Source: Candidatus Shapirobacteria bacterium
GTDB lineage: Bacteria > Patescibacteriota > Microgenomatia > UBA12405
Assembly: GCA_041661765.1 (NCBI GenBank)
Contig: JBAZTV010000002.1
Coordinates: forward strand, 203,279 to 267,278
DNA: 64,000 nucleotides
Direction of reading: 5' to 3'
A program made the translations under genes and the position numbers. Position 1 is the first letter of the stretch, and each line of letters starts with the position of its first letter. The notes below the pieces were generated by a model, which was given only the letters and a program-made list of their open reading frames with translations, was not told the origin of the DNA and did not search any database. Below are positions 29,973 through 40,760 of this stretch, piece by piece.

Positions 29973-31313
29973 TTGTTTAACAAACTTCATTTTAAAATTG
30001 CTTATTTTATTTCTTTCATCAAAAGAAAGATTTTGTTTATTCTAATAATAATTGCCGTCATTTTTTGTGCCATTTTTTTTAGAAAAGAAATTATCAATTT
30101 TATTAATCTTCCTATTTTTAAGAAAGAATCCATCGGTATTGAAGGCCTTTATACCTTAAAAAATCTTCCCGAAAACATTGCCAATCAGATTAGTTATGGT
30201 CTAACTATCAATTCTAAAAATGATAAAGCCGTTATTTCACCTATAATTGAATCATTAAACGTTGAAAATGAAAATAAAGATTATATTTTTACAATTAAAG
30301 ACAATATTTTTTGGCATAATGGAAAAAAATTAATCGCCAGTGACATCGATTATTCATCCATTTCCGGAATTAAAATTAGCATTTTAGACGAAAATAAGAT
30401 TAAAATTAGTCTTGAAAAAGAATTTTCTCCCATTCTATCAGTTTTAAATAAGCCCTTATTTAAAAAAAATACTATTGGTTTAGGTCAATATAAAATTAAA
30501 AAATATTCCCTTCAAGAAGGCTATTTAAAAACTCTTTATCTTACTCCAACTAAAGACAATCTTTCCAAAATAGTCTATCATTTTTATCAAGATGAAGCCG
30601 ATTTAATTAATGCCTACAAATTGGGCGACGTTGACCAAATAAAAATCAGTTCTCTTTCAGAAGAATTATCAAAATGGAATAATAGTAAAATAACTCAAAA
30701 AATAGAAACCAATGAAAAATATTCTGCCATTTTTTTTAATACTCAAAAAATTAACAACAAACAACTCCGTCAAGCCATAGCGTATGCCACTCCCAAAACT
30801 AAAGACCAAAACGAACGATGTCTTGGCCCAATTTCCCCTGAATCATGGGCATATAATCCCAGCGTTAAAGAATATAACTTCGATGCCACTCGAGCCAAAG
30901 AGCTATTTCAAAACAATAAAATCGACTCCATTAATTTAATTGTCGGTGATCGAAGATTATTATCAGTTGCTGAAGATATTAAAAAATCTTGGGAAAGCAT
31001 CATTGGCCTAAAAACCAATATTTCCATCATCAATCAAATAGACACTGAAAATTTTGATGTCATTTTAACTTATGGCAGTATTCCCCATGATCCAGATCAA
31101 TATCTTTTCTGGCATTCAACTCAAATCGGAAAAAGTAATTTAACCAAACTCAACGATTCTCGCATTGATAAACTTTTAGAAGACGGTAGGTTTGCTATTG
31201 ACCAAATAGAAAGAAAAGCAATTTATCAAGATTTTCAAAAATATCTTTTAGAAGAATCTCCCGCCATTTTTCTAGCTTACCCTAATACTTATACAATTAC
31301 TCGAGTAAAATAG
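29973..31313 (+). CDS. ABC transporter family-5 substrate-binding protein
   Basis: FWHNG, GLGQYKI, LRQAIAYA, PDQYLFWHS, IDKLLEDGR. Confidence 0.88.
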   Translation: MFNKLHFKIAYFISFIKRKILFILIIIAVIFCAIFFRKEIINFINLPIFKKESIGIEGLYTLKNLPENIANQISYGLTINSKNDKAVISPIIESLNVENENKDYIFTIKDNIFWHNGKKLIASDIDYSSISGIKISILDENKIKISLEKEFSPILSVLNKPLFKKNTIGLGQYKIKKYSLQEGYLKTLYLTPTKDNLSKIVYHFYQDEADLINAYKLGDVDQIKISSLSEELSKWNNSKITQKIETNEKYSAIFFNTQKINNKQLRQAIAYATPKTKDQNERCLGPISPESWAYNPSVKEYNFDATRAKELFQNNKIDSINLIVGDRRLLSVAEDIKKSWESIIGLKTNISIINQIDTENFDVILTYGSIPHDPDQYLFWHSTQIGKSNLTKLNDSRIDKLLEDGRFAIDQIERKAIYQDFQKYLLEESPAIFLAYPNTYTITRVK

Positions 31314-31324
31314 TAAAATAAAAT

Positions 31325-31573
31325 ATGATAGAAGAAAATAAAAAACCAGATTATATTGGAAATACTATTGTTTTTGTTTTGCTCGGATTACTATTATATG
31401 CTGGTTTTTTATCTTATAAAAGCATTGACTGGAACGTTTTAAATAGACTTGAATCAGAAAATCTAATTCTTCCTACCCCAATCCCTACCAATTCTGCCTT
31501 GCAAAATGCCACCTCATCAGCTATCACAGCTACTAGATCAGCAACTTCAACCTCTTCAACCACTAAAAAATAA
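31325..31573 (+). CDS. Small membrane protein with Ser/Thr-rich tail
   Basis: One TM, PTPIPT..ATSSA tail. Confidence 0.7.
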   Translation: MIEENKKPDYIGNTIVFVLLGLLLYAGFLSYKSIDWNVLNRLESENLILPTPIPTNSALQNATSSAITATRSATSTSSTTKK

Positions 31574-31576
31574 ATT

Positions 31577-32056
31577 CTATTTCTTTGGTGGTCTTTCCAA
31601 CTTCCCTAAAGTTTTTATTTCTAATTTACAAACAAAATTATAAATTTTATCAATTTCTCTTCTGATAAAATCAACATCTTCACCTTCGCTTTTTAATTCT
31701 CCTAAGACTAATTTAATTGATTTATTATAATCATTTTTAAATTTTTTATTAATATCTTCCCAAGAAATATTCTGCAAAATTTCTAATAATTTTTGTTCAT
31801 AGGGGATTTTGCCAATTAGTATTAAAAAAGCAATCATTGGATAACTTAAAGAATAAGTATAATAAGCCGCATTATCATTTGACATCATAGCACCAATATT
31901 AGGGTCATATTTAACATCATAAAATTTATCATTAGACGACAAATAACATCTAGCCTTATTACCATCTATTTCCATTCTGTCATCAGCAACCACCGTCAAT
32001 GCTTCATAAATTTTTGAGATATGTGGTTTTTTCCAAATCATAATCCTATTCGTCAA
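31577..32056 (-). CDS. Conserved-looking hypothetical protein
   Basis: 159-aa ORF (WKKPHISKIYEAL, SNDNAAYY..YP). Confidence 0.75.
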   Translation of the reverse strand: MTNRIMIWKKPHISKIYEALTVVADDRMEIDGNKARCYLSSNDKFYDVKYDPNIGAMMSNDNAAYYTYSLSYPMIAFLILIGKIPYEQKLLEILQNISWEDINKKFKNDYNKSIKLVLGELKSEGEDVDFIRREIDKIYNFVCKLEIKTLGKLERPPKK

Positions 32057-32864
32057 AAGTTATTTCCTTAACCGATATCGGCTGCTGCGACTTAAAATGT
32101 TCTAATAATTGTGGCGGCTCCTGTGGCGGACCTCTTCTTTTTGATTTAATTTTCTCTATAATTTTCGGAACAAAAACTGGCCCAACAAACATTATTAAAC
32201 CAAGAATTACTAAAATAATTGGCAAATAATCTTTAAATGATTTTGATTCTTTAAAAGAATCATCAGAAGACTCTGTTGTACCCACAACTATTGGCACTAC
32301 TGTCGGCTCTAAAATCGCTGTTGGTTCAATAATCGGAGCCAAAGTCGGTGTCGGAGTAAGAGAAATAGTTGGAGTCAAAGCCGTAGTTAAAGTTGGTGTG
32401 AGAGTAAGAGTTGGTGTTGTAGTAGGAGTTGGAGTAATCGGATCGTTGATTTTAATAGTCCGAGAAACACTAGTTAAATTTAATTCTGGAACATAAGCAT
32501 ACAAATAATAAGTCCCCGAAGATGATGTAGCACCCACCCGTAAACTCACGGTTTTTACATAATTATCATCACCAGAAACATAAGGCATCACACTAGTATC
32601 AGTACCACAACCACTTAACCAATTACCATTATACAAATTATCCACTAAACATGACTTATCGGTCGAACTTTCGATTTGACCACCATAAATTCTAATATGA
32701 TAAGTAGTTCCTACCGAAACATTATCTAATTTAACATTAACATCAAATTGCTCTCCTCTTCTTGCCTCAGTTGACCCCCAACTATCCCAAGAAATACTCG
32801 GACTATCAGCCAAAGCAACCGGTCTAAAAATAAAAAACATCCAAAAAAGAAAACCAAAAAACAT
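32046..32864 (-). CDS. Surface protein: beta-rich domain, Thr/Pro stalk, C-terminal TM
   Basis: Signal peptide, TPTPTTTPTLTLTPT stalk, TM near C-terminus. Confidence 0.8.
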   Translation of the reverse strand: MFFGFLFWMFFIFRPVALADSPSISWDSWGSTEARRGEQFDVNVKLDNVSVGTTYHIRIYGGQIESSTDKSCLVDNLYNGNWLSGCGTDTSVMPYVSGDDNYVKTVSLRVGATSSSGTYYLYAYVPELNLTSVSRTIKINDPITPTPTTTPTLTLTPTLTTALTPTISLTPTPTLAPIIEPTAILEPTVVPIVVGTTESSDDSFKESKSFKDYLPIILVILGLIMFVGPVFVPKIIEKIKSKRRGPPQEPPQLLEHFKSQQPISVKEITFDE

Positions 32865-32867
32865 AAG

Positions 32868-33578
32868 CTATTTTAAATCACTTCTAGTTCCATGTCTAAT
32901 CTCAATTTTTCCTTTTTTTAAAACCTCTAATAATTTCGTCGGATCATCTAATTTCACCATATTAAATCTATTTCCAATTCTATTTTTAATATGTGCATCA
33001 CTATTAGAATAAGCTGGAATTTCTAATTTTAATACAAATTTTTTAGCTAAATTATGCCAAATACGATAAAGTTTTCTCTTAAATTTTTTCTCTATATCAT
33101 CATTATGAATCTCCGCCCCATGAACTAAACCTTCTTTATAAAGATCTGCTAAAAAATTCCCTTTTAAAGACATCATTCCTGTTGGTATTTTAGGATGAGC
33201 CGCTATAACCAATGCCCCATTATCCACAAAATATCTTAATATTTTTATAATTGTTTTTTTTCTAGCAATAACTCCAGAAGATTTTTTTGTAACATTATGT
33301 TCTTTTAGCTTTTTTTCTACCAATTCCGAATCTAATCCCAACACTAATAAATGACCTGATAAAAATGATAATTCGCATCCAGAAATAACATAAATGCCAT
33401 ATTTTTCCCTTATTTTTTCAGGATTAAATTTATTTGGAATATTATGATCAGTTATTGCTAACACATCTAAGCCTCTTCTTTTTGCCACTCTCAACATTTC
33501 CTTAACACTATTCTTTCCATCGCTCCCAATTGTATGCATATGCAAATCAAATTTAAGCCATTTTTTTTTAGACACCAT
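32868..33578 (-). CDS. PHP domain phosphoesterase
   Basis: DLHMHT..SDG, AITDHN, GCE..GHLL, AHP, SDAH. Confidence 0.9.
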   Translation of the reverse strand: MVSKKKWLKFDLHMHTIGSDGKNSVKEMLRVAKRRGLDVLAITDHNIPNKFNPEKIREKYGIYVISGCELSFLSGHLLVLGLDSELVEKKLKEHNVTKKSSGVIARKKTIIKILRYFVDNGALVIAAHPKIPTGMMSLKGNFLADLYKEGLVHGAEIHNDDIEKKFKRKLYRIWHNLAKKFVLKLEIPAYSNSDAHIKNRIGNRFNMVKLDDPTKLLEVLKKGKIEIRHGTRSDLK

Positions 33579-33588
33579 GCTTTATATT

Positions 33589-34920
33589 TTACACCCTATG
33601 TTCTTTATCTTTACTATTCTTTTTCCTTCTCTTCACCAACCCAATAATCCAAGAAATTAAGATTAATATGATTCCACCTCCAATAATAATCATCAATGGT
33701 TTGTTCTCCAAGAAATTAGTTGCAGTGGAGGAAGTAAAATCTCCAACTTCAAAATTTTGTTTAAATTCATCTTTAATATTAGTGTTGTAAAGTGTGTTTA
33801 AAACTAATGTGTATTTACCTTTATCTAATAACAATCCTTCAAATGTTTTATTAAATACTCCTTCAGTTTGTATAGAGGTATTATCAATTGATCTATAATA
33901 TTCTTTTCCATTTGCATCAACTATCGTAAATGTCATTTCTACTGGAGTATCTTCTTTTCCAAAACTTACAAATGTTACCCTAGCAGTTAATTCAGATGCT
34001 TTAGTTATTTGTGTTTTATCTACAATTAGGGCGATATCGAGAAGTCGATTGCTAATTTCTGAAGCAGGAACAAAACCCTCAGCAACAGTAACCACGGCTC
34101 TTGTTCCACCAATAGGAATACTTGACACCTCATTCGACCAATCACCTGGAATACAATCATTAATTGCTTTTATCTTGAAGTAATATCTAGTTCCACCAGA
34201 TAATCCTTTGATTGTATAACTAGTGGTATCAGCATTTCCTACATTTGGATTACCAAATTCAATTGATCCAGAAGAAGTTCCATAAGCTATTAAATATTTA
34301 GTTACTGGATTACTTGCTTTTGACCAAGTTAAAGTCACACTATTATCTCCATTAATTGTATTAGTAATAATTGGTGTCCCTCCTGGTTTAGTTGCACTAC
34401 ATGCTGGTGCTGCCCAACCAGTACTAGTTGAAGATGTAGTAGTAGTTGTTGTTGAAGTAGAAGGTGAGGAGGTTGGGGTGACGCATGATGACCGCCAATC
34501 TGTTTCCACATTACAATTTGCACAATCAAAACTAATTCTTCCCACTGTCGAGCCAAACATTCCGGCCGTACCTATAAATTTTCCACTAGAATTTATTGTC
34601 ACCCCCGTAAAGCTAATCCATCCCAATGTTTCAGACCAAGCATATCCACCCAATATTCCAGAACAATTATTAGTCACACCGCTAGTTGATGGAGATAAAT
34701 TAATCCATCCATAATTAGAATTCCAAGCATACCCAGTTATATTTGAATCAGAAACAGAAACATTTCCTCCATTGGCCAAAAAATTGACCCATCCCATATT
34801 TTCTCCCCAAGCATAAGCACTACTTCCAATAATAGTTCCCGTAGTCGCTAAAACTTCAACCAAACCAAAATTTAAAAAAAAACCAAAAACTAAAAATATT
34901 AATACTAATAATTTTTTCAT
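33589..34920 (-). CDS. Surface protein with GYAW repeats, fibronectin type III domain and C-terminal TM
   Basis: AYAW..GWVNF, GYAW..GWINL, GYAW..GWISF; SVTLTW..YTIKGLSGGTRYYFKIKAIN. Confidence 0.85.
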   Translation of the reverse strand: MKKLLVLIFLVFGFFLNFGLVEVLATTGTIIGSSAYAWGENMGWVNFLANGGNVSVSDSNITGYAWNSNYGWINLSPSTSGVTNNCSGILGGYAWSETLGWISFTGVTINSSGKFIGTAGMFGSTVGRISFDCANCNVETDWRSSCVTPTSSPSTSTTTTTTSSTSTGWAAPACSATKPGGTPIITNTINGDNSVTLTWSKASNPVTKYLIAYGTSSGSIEFGNPNVGNADTTSYTIKGLSGGTRYYFKIKAINDCIPGDWSNEVSSIPIGGTRAVVTVAEGFVPASEISNRLLDIALIVDKTQITKASELTARVTFVSFGKEDTPVEMTFTIVDANGKEYYRSIDNTSIQTEGVFNKTFEGLLLDKGKYTLVLNTLYNTNIKDEFKQNFEVGDFTSSTATNFLENKPLMIIIGGGIILILISWIIGLVKRRKKNSKDKEHRV

Positions 34921-34922
34921 AT

Positions 34923-35375
34923 CTAATTTTCTGGTGTTTCAGTGGGTGTTTTTGTTGGCGTCTCAATTAGTGTTTCAGCAGGTGTCTCAGTTGGTGTAGT
35001 ATTTTGACTACCACTACCAATCAATAGGGGAGCAACTTCTATAACTTTTTGAGTTGATGGACGATATAAAATTGCTTTTTTTGTATTAGCATAAATTAAT
35101 ATTTTATCTCCATTTTCTGATTTCTTAAAAAAATCCTGGTCTTTTAATTTTTCTTTATCTGTTACCGTCGCCAATGTTGGTGTTTCATCTGCTGGCAAAT
35201 CCATAAATTTACCAATTACTGTAGTAAGTGATTTGATTTCATCGATTGAAATTTTATTCGGATTATCTTTAATTTCTTTATATTGCTTATAAAAATACCC
35301 TGCCGCTCCAAGAGAACCCACAATTATTACTACAATTAAGATTTTGACACTGATTTTAATTATTTTTTTATACAT
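34923..35375 (-). CDS. Membrane-anchored hypothetical protein
   Basis: Start at ATG 35375 (the longer ORF overlaps tRNA-Gln); LPADETPTLATV..FFKKSENGDKILIY..AILYRPS. Confidence 0.8.
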   Translation of the reverse strand: MYKKIIKISVKILIVVIIVGSLGAAGYFYKQYKEIKDNPNKISIDEIKSLTTVIGKFMDLPADETPTLATVTDKEKLKDQDFFKKSENGDKILIYANTKKAILYRPSTQKVIEVAPLLIGSGSQNTTPTETPAETLIETPTKTPTETPEN

Positions 35376-35429
35376 GAATATATAAGAACATGTATAAATT
35401 AAAAAAATATTAAAAATCAACCCTTGCTG

Positions 35430-35500
35430 TTGCCCTGCATGGATTCGAACCACAATACTCAGCTCCAAAGGCTGATGTCCTACCATTAGACGACGGGGCA
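35430..35500 (-). tRNA. tRNA-Gln(TTG)
   Basis: TCAGC-CTTTGGA-GCTGA. Confidence 0.93.
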
Positions 35501-35545
35501 TTAAAGACTTCGCTATTTTATCCTATTCTTAAACTCAATTCAACA

Positions 35546-36271
35546 CTATTTCACTATTACATTCTTAAAATATTTTTTAAAAATATTTTCTGCTCTAGAA
35601 ATTGTTTTTTTGTCGGGCGAGGGAACATTTGAAATTTTATATTCCATTCCCAACTCTTTATATTTATAAACCCCAAGCGTATGATAGGGAAGGATTTCCA
35701 CCCTTTCCACTGTTTTATAATTTTTAAAATATTCACCCCATTTATTTAAAAATCCTTCACTATCATTCCATCCTGGCACCAAAACATAACGAAGCCACAT
35801 TGATTTCCCCAATTCTTCCCTAAATTTAGCCATTTCTAAAACATTTTTATTACTAACTCCAGTCAATCGTTTGTGCCATTTTTCATCAATATGCTTCACA
35901 TCTAAAAGCAAAAAATCCGTTTCTCGATAAAGTTTTTTAATCTGATTATTTATAATCGTTCCATTTGTATCCAAAGCCGTATTAATACCAATCCTTCGAG
36001 CTTCTTTAAATAATTTATAAACCTCCGCCGCTTGCAAAGTAGGCTCTCCCCCAGACACTGTAATTCCACCATTATCTGAAAAATATTCCTTTTCATTTTT
36101 AGCCATCTCAATAATTTCTCCAATTTTCATTTCTTTACCACTTTTTAAATCAAACAAATCTGGATTATGACAATAAAGACAACGAATATTACAACCTTGA
36201 AGAAAAATAACTAATCGTATTCCTGGACCTTCATGTGTCCCAAATGTTTCAATCGAATGCACTCTTAACAT
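35546..36271 (-). CDS. pflA: Pyruvate formate-lyase activating enzyme (radical SAM)
   Basis: EGPGIR, CNIRCLYCHNPD, SGGEP, LPYHTLG. Confidence 0.95.
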   Translation of the reverse strand: MLRVHSIETFGTHEGPGIRLVIFLQGCNIRCLYCHNPDLFDLKSGKEMKIGEIIEMAKNEKEYFSDNGGITVSGGEPTLQAAEVYKLFKEARRIGINTALDTNGTIINNQIKKLYRETDFLLLDVKHIDEKWHKRLTGVSNKNVLEMAKFREELGKSMWLRYVLVPGWNDSEGFLNKWGEYFKNYKTVERVEILPYHTLGVYKYKELGMEYKISNVPSPDKKTISRAENIFKKYFKNVIVK

Positions 36272-36273
36272 AA

Positions 36274-38475
36274 TTACATTGTCTCAAAAAAAGTTCTCGC
36301 CAACACTTCTTGTTGTTGTTCTCGTGTTAATTTAATAAAATTCACAGCATAACCAGAAACTCTAATTGTCAATTGTGGATACAATTCTGGATGTTCCATT
36401 GCTTTAATCAAAGTCTCTCGATCCATAATATTTACATTAAGATGATGACCATTCTTTTTAAAATATCCATCTAAAAGGTGAATTAAGTTTCTAATTTGTT
36501 CAGCTTCGGTTCCACCTAAAGTTTTCGTCGTAGTTGAAAAAGTGTTAGAAATTCCATCTCGAGCATTTCTATAATCCAATTTAGCCACTGAATTAAGCGA
36601 AGCAATGGCCCCACCAATATCTCGACCATGCATCGGATTAGCTCCTGGCGCAAATGGCATTCCTAATTTTCTTCCATCTGGAGTCGAACCAGTCTTTTTT
36701 CCATAAACAACATTTGAAGTAATAGTCAAAATTGATAATGTTGGTTTAGCATCCCGATAAATATGGTGTTTTTGCAATTCTTTATTAAAGAAGTCCATAA
36801 TTTCTTTTGCCATTAAATCAACAACCTTTTCGTCATTTCCATATTTAGGAAAATTTCCATTAACTTCAAAATCAGTCGTAATTCCTTGTTCATTTCTAAT
36901 TGGCTGGACCTTAGCAAATTTAATTGCTGAAAGTGAATCAGCTGCTACCGACAAGCCAGCCAACCCAAAAGCCATCACTCGTTTCACTTCAGTATCTAAA
37001 AGAGCCATTTGAGCACGTTCATAATAATATTTATCGTGCATATAATGAATCACATTCATAGTATTTACATAATTTTCAGCTAAAAATGACATCGTTTTTT
37101 TAAACCGTTTTAATACTTCTCCATAATTCAAATATTTACCCTCCAACGGCTTAACTCCATCTATGACTTTAATATTATTTATTTCATCTATACCCTCATT
37201 TATTGCCAAAAGTAAGGCTTTAGCAATATTACATCTAGCTCCAAAAAATTGCATTTGTTTTCCAGTTTCAAGAAGTGATACACAACAACTAATCCCATAA
37301 TCATCAGTTTTAGCAACAGTTCTCATTAAATCATCATTTTCATATTGAATTGAAGATGTATCAATTGAAACTTTAGTACAAAATTCTTTAAAGAATTCAG
37401 GTAATTTTTGTGACCAAAGAATAGTTAAATTAGGTTCTGGTGATGGTCCTAAATTATAAAGTGTTTGTAAAAATCTGTAAGTTGTTTTAGTTACTTTATG
37501 TTTTCCATTAATCCAAGCTCCACCTAAAGATTCAGTAATCCAGGTTGGATCACCAGCAAACAAATTATTATATTCTGTAGTTCTCAAATGTCGAACTAGT
37601 CTTAACTTAATAATAAATTGATCAACTAATTCTTGAGCCTGTTCTTCAGTCATTGTTCCATCTCTTATTTCCTTTTCGATATAAATATCAAAAAAACTAC
37701 TCACATTACCCAAACTCATTGCTGCTCCATCGTGTTCTTTAATTGCCGAAAGATAACCAAAATAAGTCCATTGAATAGCTTCTTGAGCATTTAAAGCCGG
37801 TCTACCAATATCAAATCCATAACCATCAGCCATTTTCTTCATTAATTCTAATGCGTCTATTTGTTCCATTACCTCCTCTCTAAGTCGAATCATTTCATCA
37901 GTCATCGTTCCAACCAATTTTTTTCTGTCTTCCTTTTTAACTTCAATTATTTTATCGACCCCATACAAAGCCACTCTTCTATAATCTCCAATAATTCTTC
38001 CCCGAGCATAAGCATCCGGTAAACCAGTTAAAATACCAGTTTTTCTCAACCTTAACATTTCTTCAGTATATGCATCAAAAACACCATCGTTATGGGTTTT
38101 TCTATATTTAGTAAAAATTTCCACCACTCCCTTATCTAATTCTTTACCATTTTCTTCACAAGCATGAATTACCGTTCTAATACCTCCAGCTGGTTTAATA
38201 GATCTTTTTAATGGTTCATCAGTCTGTAAACCAACAATCATTTCTAATTCTTTTTCAATATATCCTGGTTTATGACTAATAATATTTGAAACAGTTTTTG
38301 TATCAATGTCTAAAACCCCACCATTATCAGTTTCCTTCTTCAAAAGCTTCTTGCACTTCTCCCAAAGTTTTTTAGTTTTTTCGCTTGGCCCCACCAAAAA
38401 AGACGCATCACCATCATATGGTGTAATATTTTGAAAAACAAAATCCCTAACATTAATTGGATAGTTTTCTTTCAT
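36274..38475 (-). CDS. pflB: Pyruvate formate-lyase
   Basis: ISCCVS active-site Cys pair, IRVSGYAV glycyl radical motif. Confidence 0.97.
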   Translation of the reverse strand: MKENYPINVRDFVFQNITPYDGDASFLVGPSEKTKKLWEKCKKLLKKETDNGGVLDIDTKTVSNIISHKPGYIEKELEMIVGLQTDEPLKRSIKPAGGIRTVIHACEENGKELDKGVVEIFTKYRKTHNDGVFDAYTEEMLRLRKTGILTGLPDAYARGRIIGDYRRVALYGVDKIIEVKKEDRKKLVGTMTDEMIRLREEVMEQIDALELMKKMADGYGFDIGRPALNAQEAIQWTYFGYLSAIKEHDGAAMSLGNVSSFFDIYIEKEIRDGTMTEEQAQELVDQFIIKLRLVRHLRTTEYNNLFAGDPTWITESLGGAWINGKHKVTKTTYRFLQTLYNLGPSPEPNLTILWSQKLPEFFKEFCTKVSIDTSSIQYENDDLMRTVAKTDDYGISCCVSLLETGKQMQFFGARCNIAKALLLAINEGIDEINNIKVIDGVKPLEGKYLNYGEVLKRFKKTMSFLAENYVNTMNVIHYMHDKYYYERAQMALLDTEVKRVMAFGLAGLSVAADSLSAIKFAKVQPIRNEQGITTDFEVNGNFPKYGNDEKVVDLMAKEIMDFFNKELQKHHIYRDAKPTLSILTITSNVVYGKKTGSTPDGRKLGMPFAPGANPMHGRDIGGAIASLNSVAKLDYRNARDGISNTFSTTTKTLGGTEAEQIRNLIHLLDGYFKKNGHHLNVNIMDRETLIKAMEHPELYPQLTIRVSGYAVNFIKLTREQQQEVLARTFFETM

Positions 38476-38502
38476 ACTTAATCTAAATTACTAACAAATT
38501 AG

Positions 38503-38584
38503 TGCCGATGGAGGGACTTGAACCCCCACGTCTTGCGACATACGCACCTCAAGCGTACGTGTATACCAATTTCACCACATCGGC
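38503..38584 (-). tRNA. tRNA-Leu(GAG)
   Basis: TACGC-TTGAGGT-GCGTA, long variable arm. Confidence 0.93.
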
Positions 38585-38591
38585 ATTTTAG

Positions 38592-38664
38592 TGGCCACTG
38601 AGGGACTCGGACCCCCGACATCTTCGATGTAAACGAAGCGCTCTACCAACTGAGCTAAGTGGCC
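38592..38664 (-). tRNA. tRNA-Val(TAC)
   Basis: CTTCG-TTTACAT-CGAAG; T-loop TCCGAGT. Confidence 0.92.
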
Positions 38665-38684
38665 CTCAGGGTCTGAAATAAATG

Positions 38685-38757
38685 AGCGAGAGACGGGATT
38701 CGGACCCGCGACCTTCTCCTTGGCAAGGAGACGCTCCACCAATTGAGCTACTCTCGC
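38685..38757 (-). tRNA. tRNA-Gly(GCC)
   Basis: TCTCC-TTGCCAA-GGAGA; T-loop TCCGAAT. Confidence 0.92.
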
Positions 38758-38777
38758 ATATATATTATTATAAAATG

Positions 38778-38850
38778 TGCCGAAGGTAGGACTCGAACCT
38801 ACATCCCAGGTTTTTCAGACCAGTGCCTTGACCATCTTGGCTACTTCGGC
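38778..38850 (-). tRNA. tRNA-Phe(GAA)
   Basis: CTGGT-CTGAAAA-ACCTG (one mismatch in stem). Confidence 0.9.
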
Positions 38851-38911
38851 TAGAAGTGTTTTTATTATATCAATTTTCTTTAAAATTTTACTTATTAGTT
38901 CTAAAAAGAAA

Positions 38912-38960
38912 AATAGCGGTACTTTAATACTAAATAAAGTATCAATATAATACCGCTATT
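38912..38960 (-). terminator. Terminator-like hairpin after purM
   Basis: AATAGCGGTA..TACCGCTATT followed by T run on minus strand. Confidence 0.65.
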
Positions 38961-38964
38961 AAAA

Positions 38965-40068
38965 TTATCTAATGTTTAAGGATGATCCCAAAAACTCAAC
39001 ATTTAAAGGGTTGATTATTACTCTCTTTTGTCCTGTCTGAGCTTCTTTAATATTACCGGCACAAATTGCTTCCATTCCTAAACCAGATGCAATATCAATC
39101 ACTTTGAGAACATCTTTTTGATCAACATACAAAGCAAAACCAGCTCCCATATTGAAATTACCATACATCTCCTGGATATCAACATTCCCATATTTTTGAA
39201 TAAATTTAAAAACCGGCTGCGGTTCAAAAATCTGGTTTATCATATAATCAAAGTTTTGATTAACCCGCATTAATTTTCTCCAACCATGCCCCGTGATATT
39301 TACAGCATAATGAATTTTTATTCCAGACTCCAAACAATCATCAACCAATGGAACATAAATTATTGTTGGATCCAATAATGCCTCTCCAAAATTTCGACCG
39401 TCTTCCATTTTTGCCAAAAAACCATCATCTAGTCCTCCCGCAATCGATCTCGCCATTGTTAAACCATTCGCATGGATACCTGAACTTTTAATCAAAACAA
39501 TTGCATCCCCAGCTCTAATATTTTTTGGATTAATTAACCTATCTTTAGGCATAATTATTCCTTCAGCCGAACCAGCTAAATCCACTGTCTCTGAATTAAC
39601 AATTACTCTTAATGTCGGTGTTTCTCCAGGACCCCAAACACATCTCGAAAAATCACATGCTTTTTTCCATCCGTTTATTAAATCTTGATATCGAATCTCA
39701 TCTTCAAACCAATCTGAATCTCCAGCCGCCAAATACATTGCAACAGACAATGGCATTACCCCTAATGTAATCATGTCATTTACAATCATGGCCACACAAT
39801 CCTGAGCAACTTGCTCATAATAACTTTTTCCAGTTAATAAATACATTTCATCTGCCACCAAATTTTTCGTTCCCAATCCCTCAATCACATGACCTCGATA
39901 AGAATCCGTCTCTTCAACCAAAAAAACACTTTCCCCTCGACTCCATTCAACCACTTTAAAACCATATTTTGGGTTAATTGAAGTTTTTCTGGCTACATCT
40001 TGAGCCGCTCTTTTAAATTTATCCATTGGACCATAATCAACACCAGAGTCCTTATAAGTATTTCCCAC
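38965..40068 (-). CDS. purM: Phosphoribosylformylglycinamidine cyclo-ligase (AIR synthetase)
   Basis: YKDSGVD, EGLGTK, AMIVND, GET, SSGIHANG, NITGHG, FNMGAG; SD AAGGAG, GTG start. Confidence 0.92.
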   Translation of the reverse strand: MGNTYKDSGVDYGPMDKFKRAAQDVARKTSINPKYGFKVVEWSRGESVFLVEETDSYRGHVIEGLGTKNLVADEMYLLTGKSYYEQVAQDCVAMIVNDMITLGVMPLSVAMYLAAGDSDWFEDEIRYQDLINGWKKACDFSRCVWGPGETPTLRVIVNSETVDLAGSAEGIIMPKDRLINPKNIRAGDAIVLIKSSGIHANGLTMARSIAGGLDDGFLAKMEDGRNFGEALLDPTIIYVPLVDDCLESGIKIHYAVNITGHGWRKLMRVNQNFDYMINQIFEPQPVFKFIQKYGNVDIQEMYGNFNMGAGFALYVDQKDVLKVIDIASGLGMEAICAGNIKEAQTGQKRVIINPLNVEFLGSSLNIR

Positions 40069-40174
40069 TCAAATCACTCCTTAAATTATTTGTAAATGTA
40101 CAAACTGCAATACTAATTTGTATTCACAATAAGTATTTTACATGGAATTTATCGAAAAACAATACAACATCAAG

Positions 40175-40255
40175 TGCCAAGGGTGGGACTTGAACCCACA
40201 TGTCTTGCGACACACCGTTCTGAGCGATGCTTGTATACCATTTCAACACCTTGGC
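40175..40255 (-). tRNA. tRNA-Leu(CAG)
   Basis: CATCG-CTCAGAA-CGGTG, long variable arm. Confidence 0.92.
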
Positions 40256-40304
40256 AAAGTAAAGTATTCTACCATTTTAAGGCCATTTAATTGTAAAATC
40301 AGAC

Positions 40305-40760
40305 ATGAAACAAGCAACCCTATTATTTTTAACAAAAGACAATCAAATTCTTTTGGCCATGAAAAAACGTGGTTTTGGACAAGGCCGTTGGAATGGTGTC
40401 GGTGGCAAACCAGAAGAAAACGAGAATATATTGGACACCGCCGTTCGTGAAACTCAAGAAGAAATTGGCGTCACCCCAAAAAATATTTCTCAAGTCGCTA
40501 CCATTGATTTTTATTTTCAAAATAAATCAGAATGGAACCAACAGGTTTTGGTTTTTATCACCAACGAGTGGGAAGGGGAACCATCTGAATCAGAAGAAAT
40601 GAAACCCCAATGGTTCAACATCAACCAGCTTCCTTTTGAATCCATGTGGCCCGACGATCAATTTTGGCTACCACAAGTTTTATCCGGTAAAATAATCCAA
40701 GCCGAATTCACCTTTGGTGATAACGATATTATTTTGGATCAAAAAATAAATGAAATCTAA
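40305..40760 (+). CDS. NUDIX hydrolase, MTH1/8-oxo-dGTPase-like
   Basis: KKRGFG..WNGVGGK..AVRETQEEIG, SEEMKPQWF, MWPDD. Confidence 0.92.
   Translation: MKQATLLFLTKDNQILLAMKKRGFGQGRWNGVGGKPEENENILDTAVRETQEEIGVTPKNISQVATIDFYFQNKSEWNQQVLVFITNEWEGEPSESEEMKPQWFNINQLPFESMWPDDQFWLPQVLSGKIIQAEFTFGDNDIILDQKINEI

Noticed and set aside
32330-32440. Short tandem DNA repeats
   Set aside because: Explained by the Thr/Pro-rich protein stalk.
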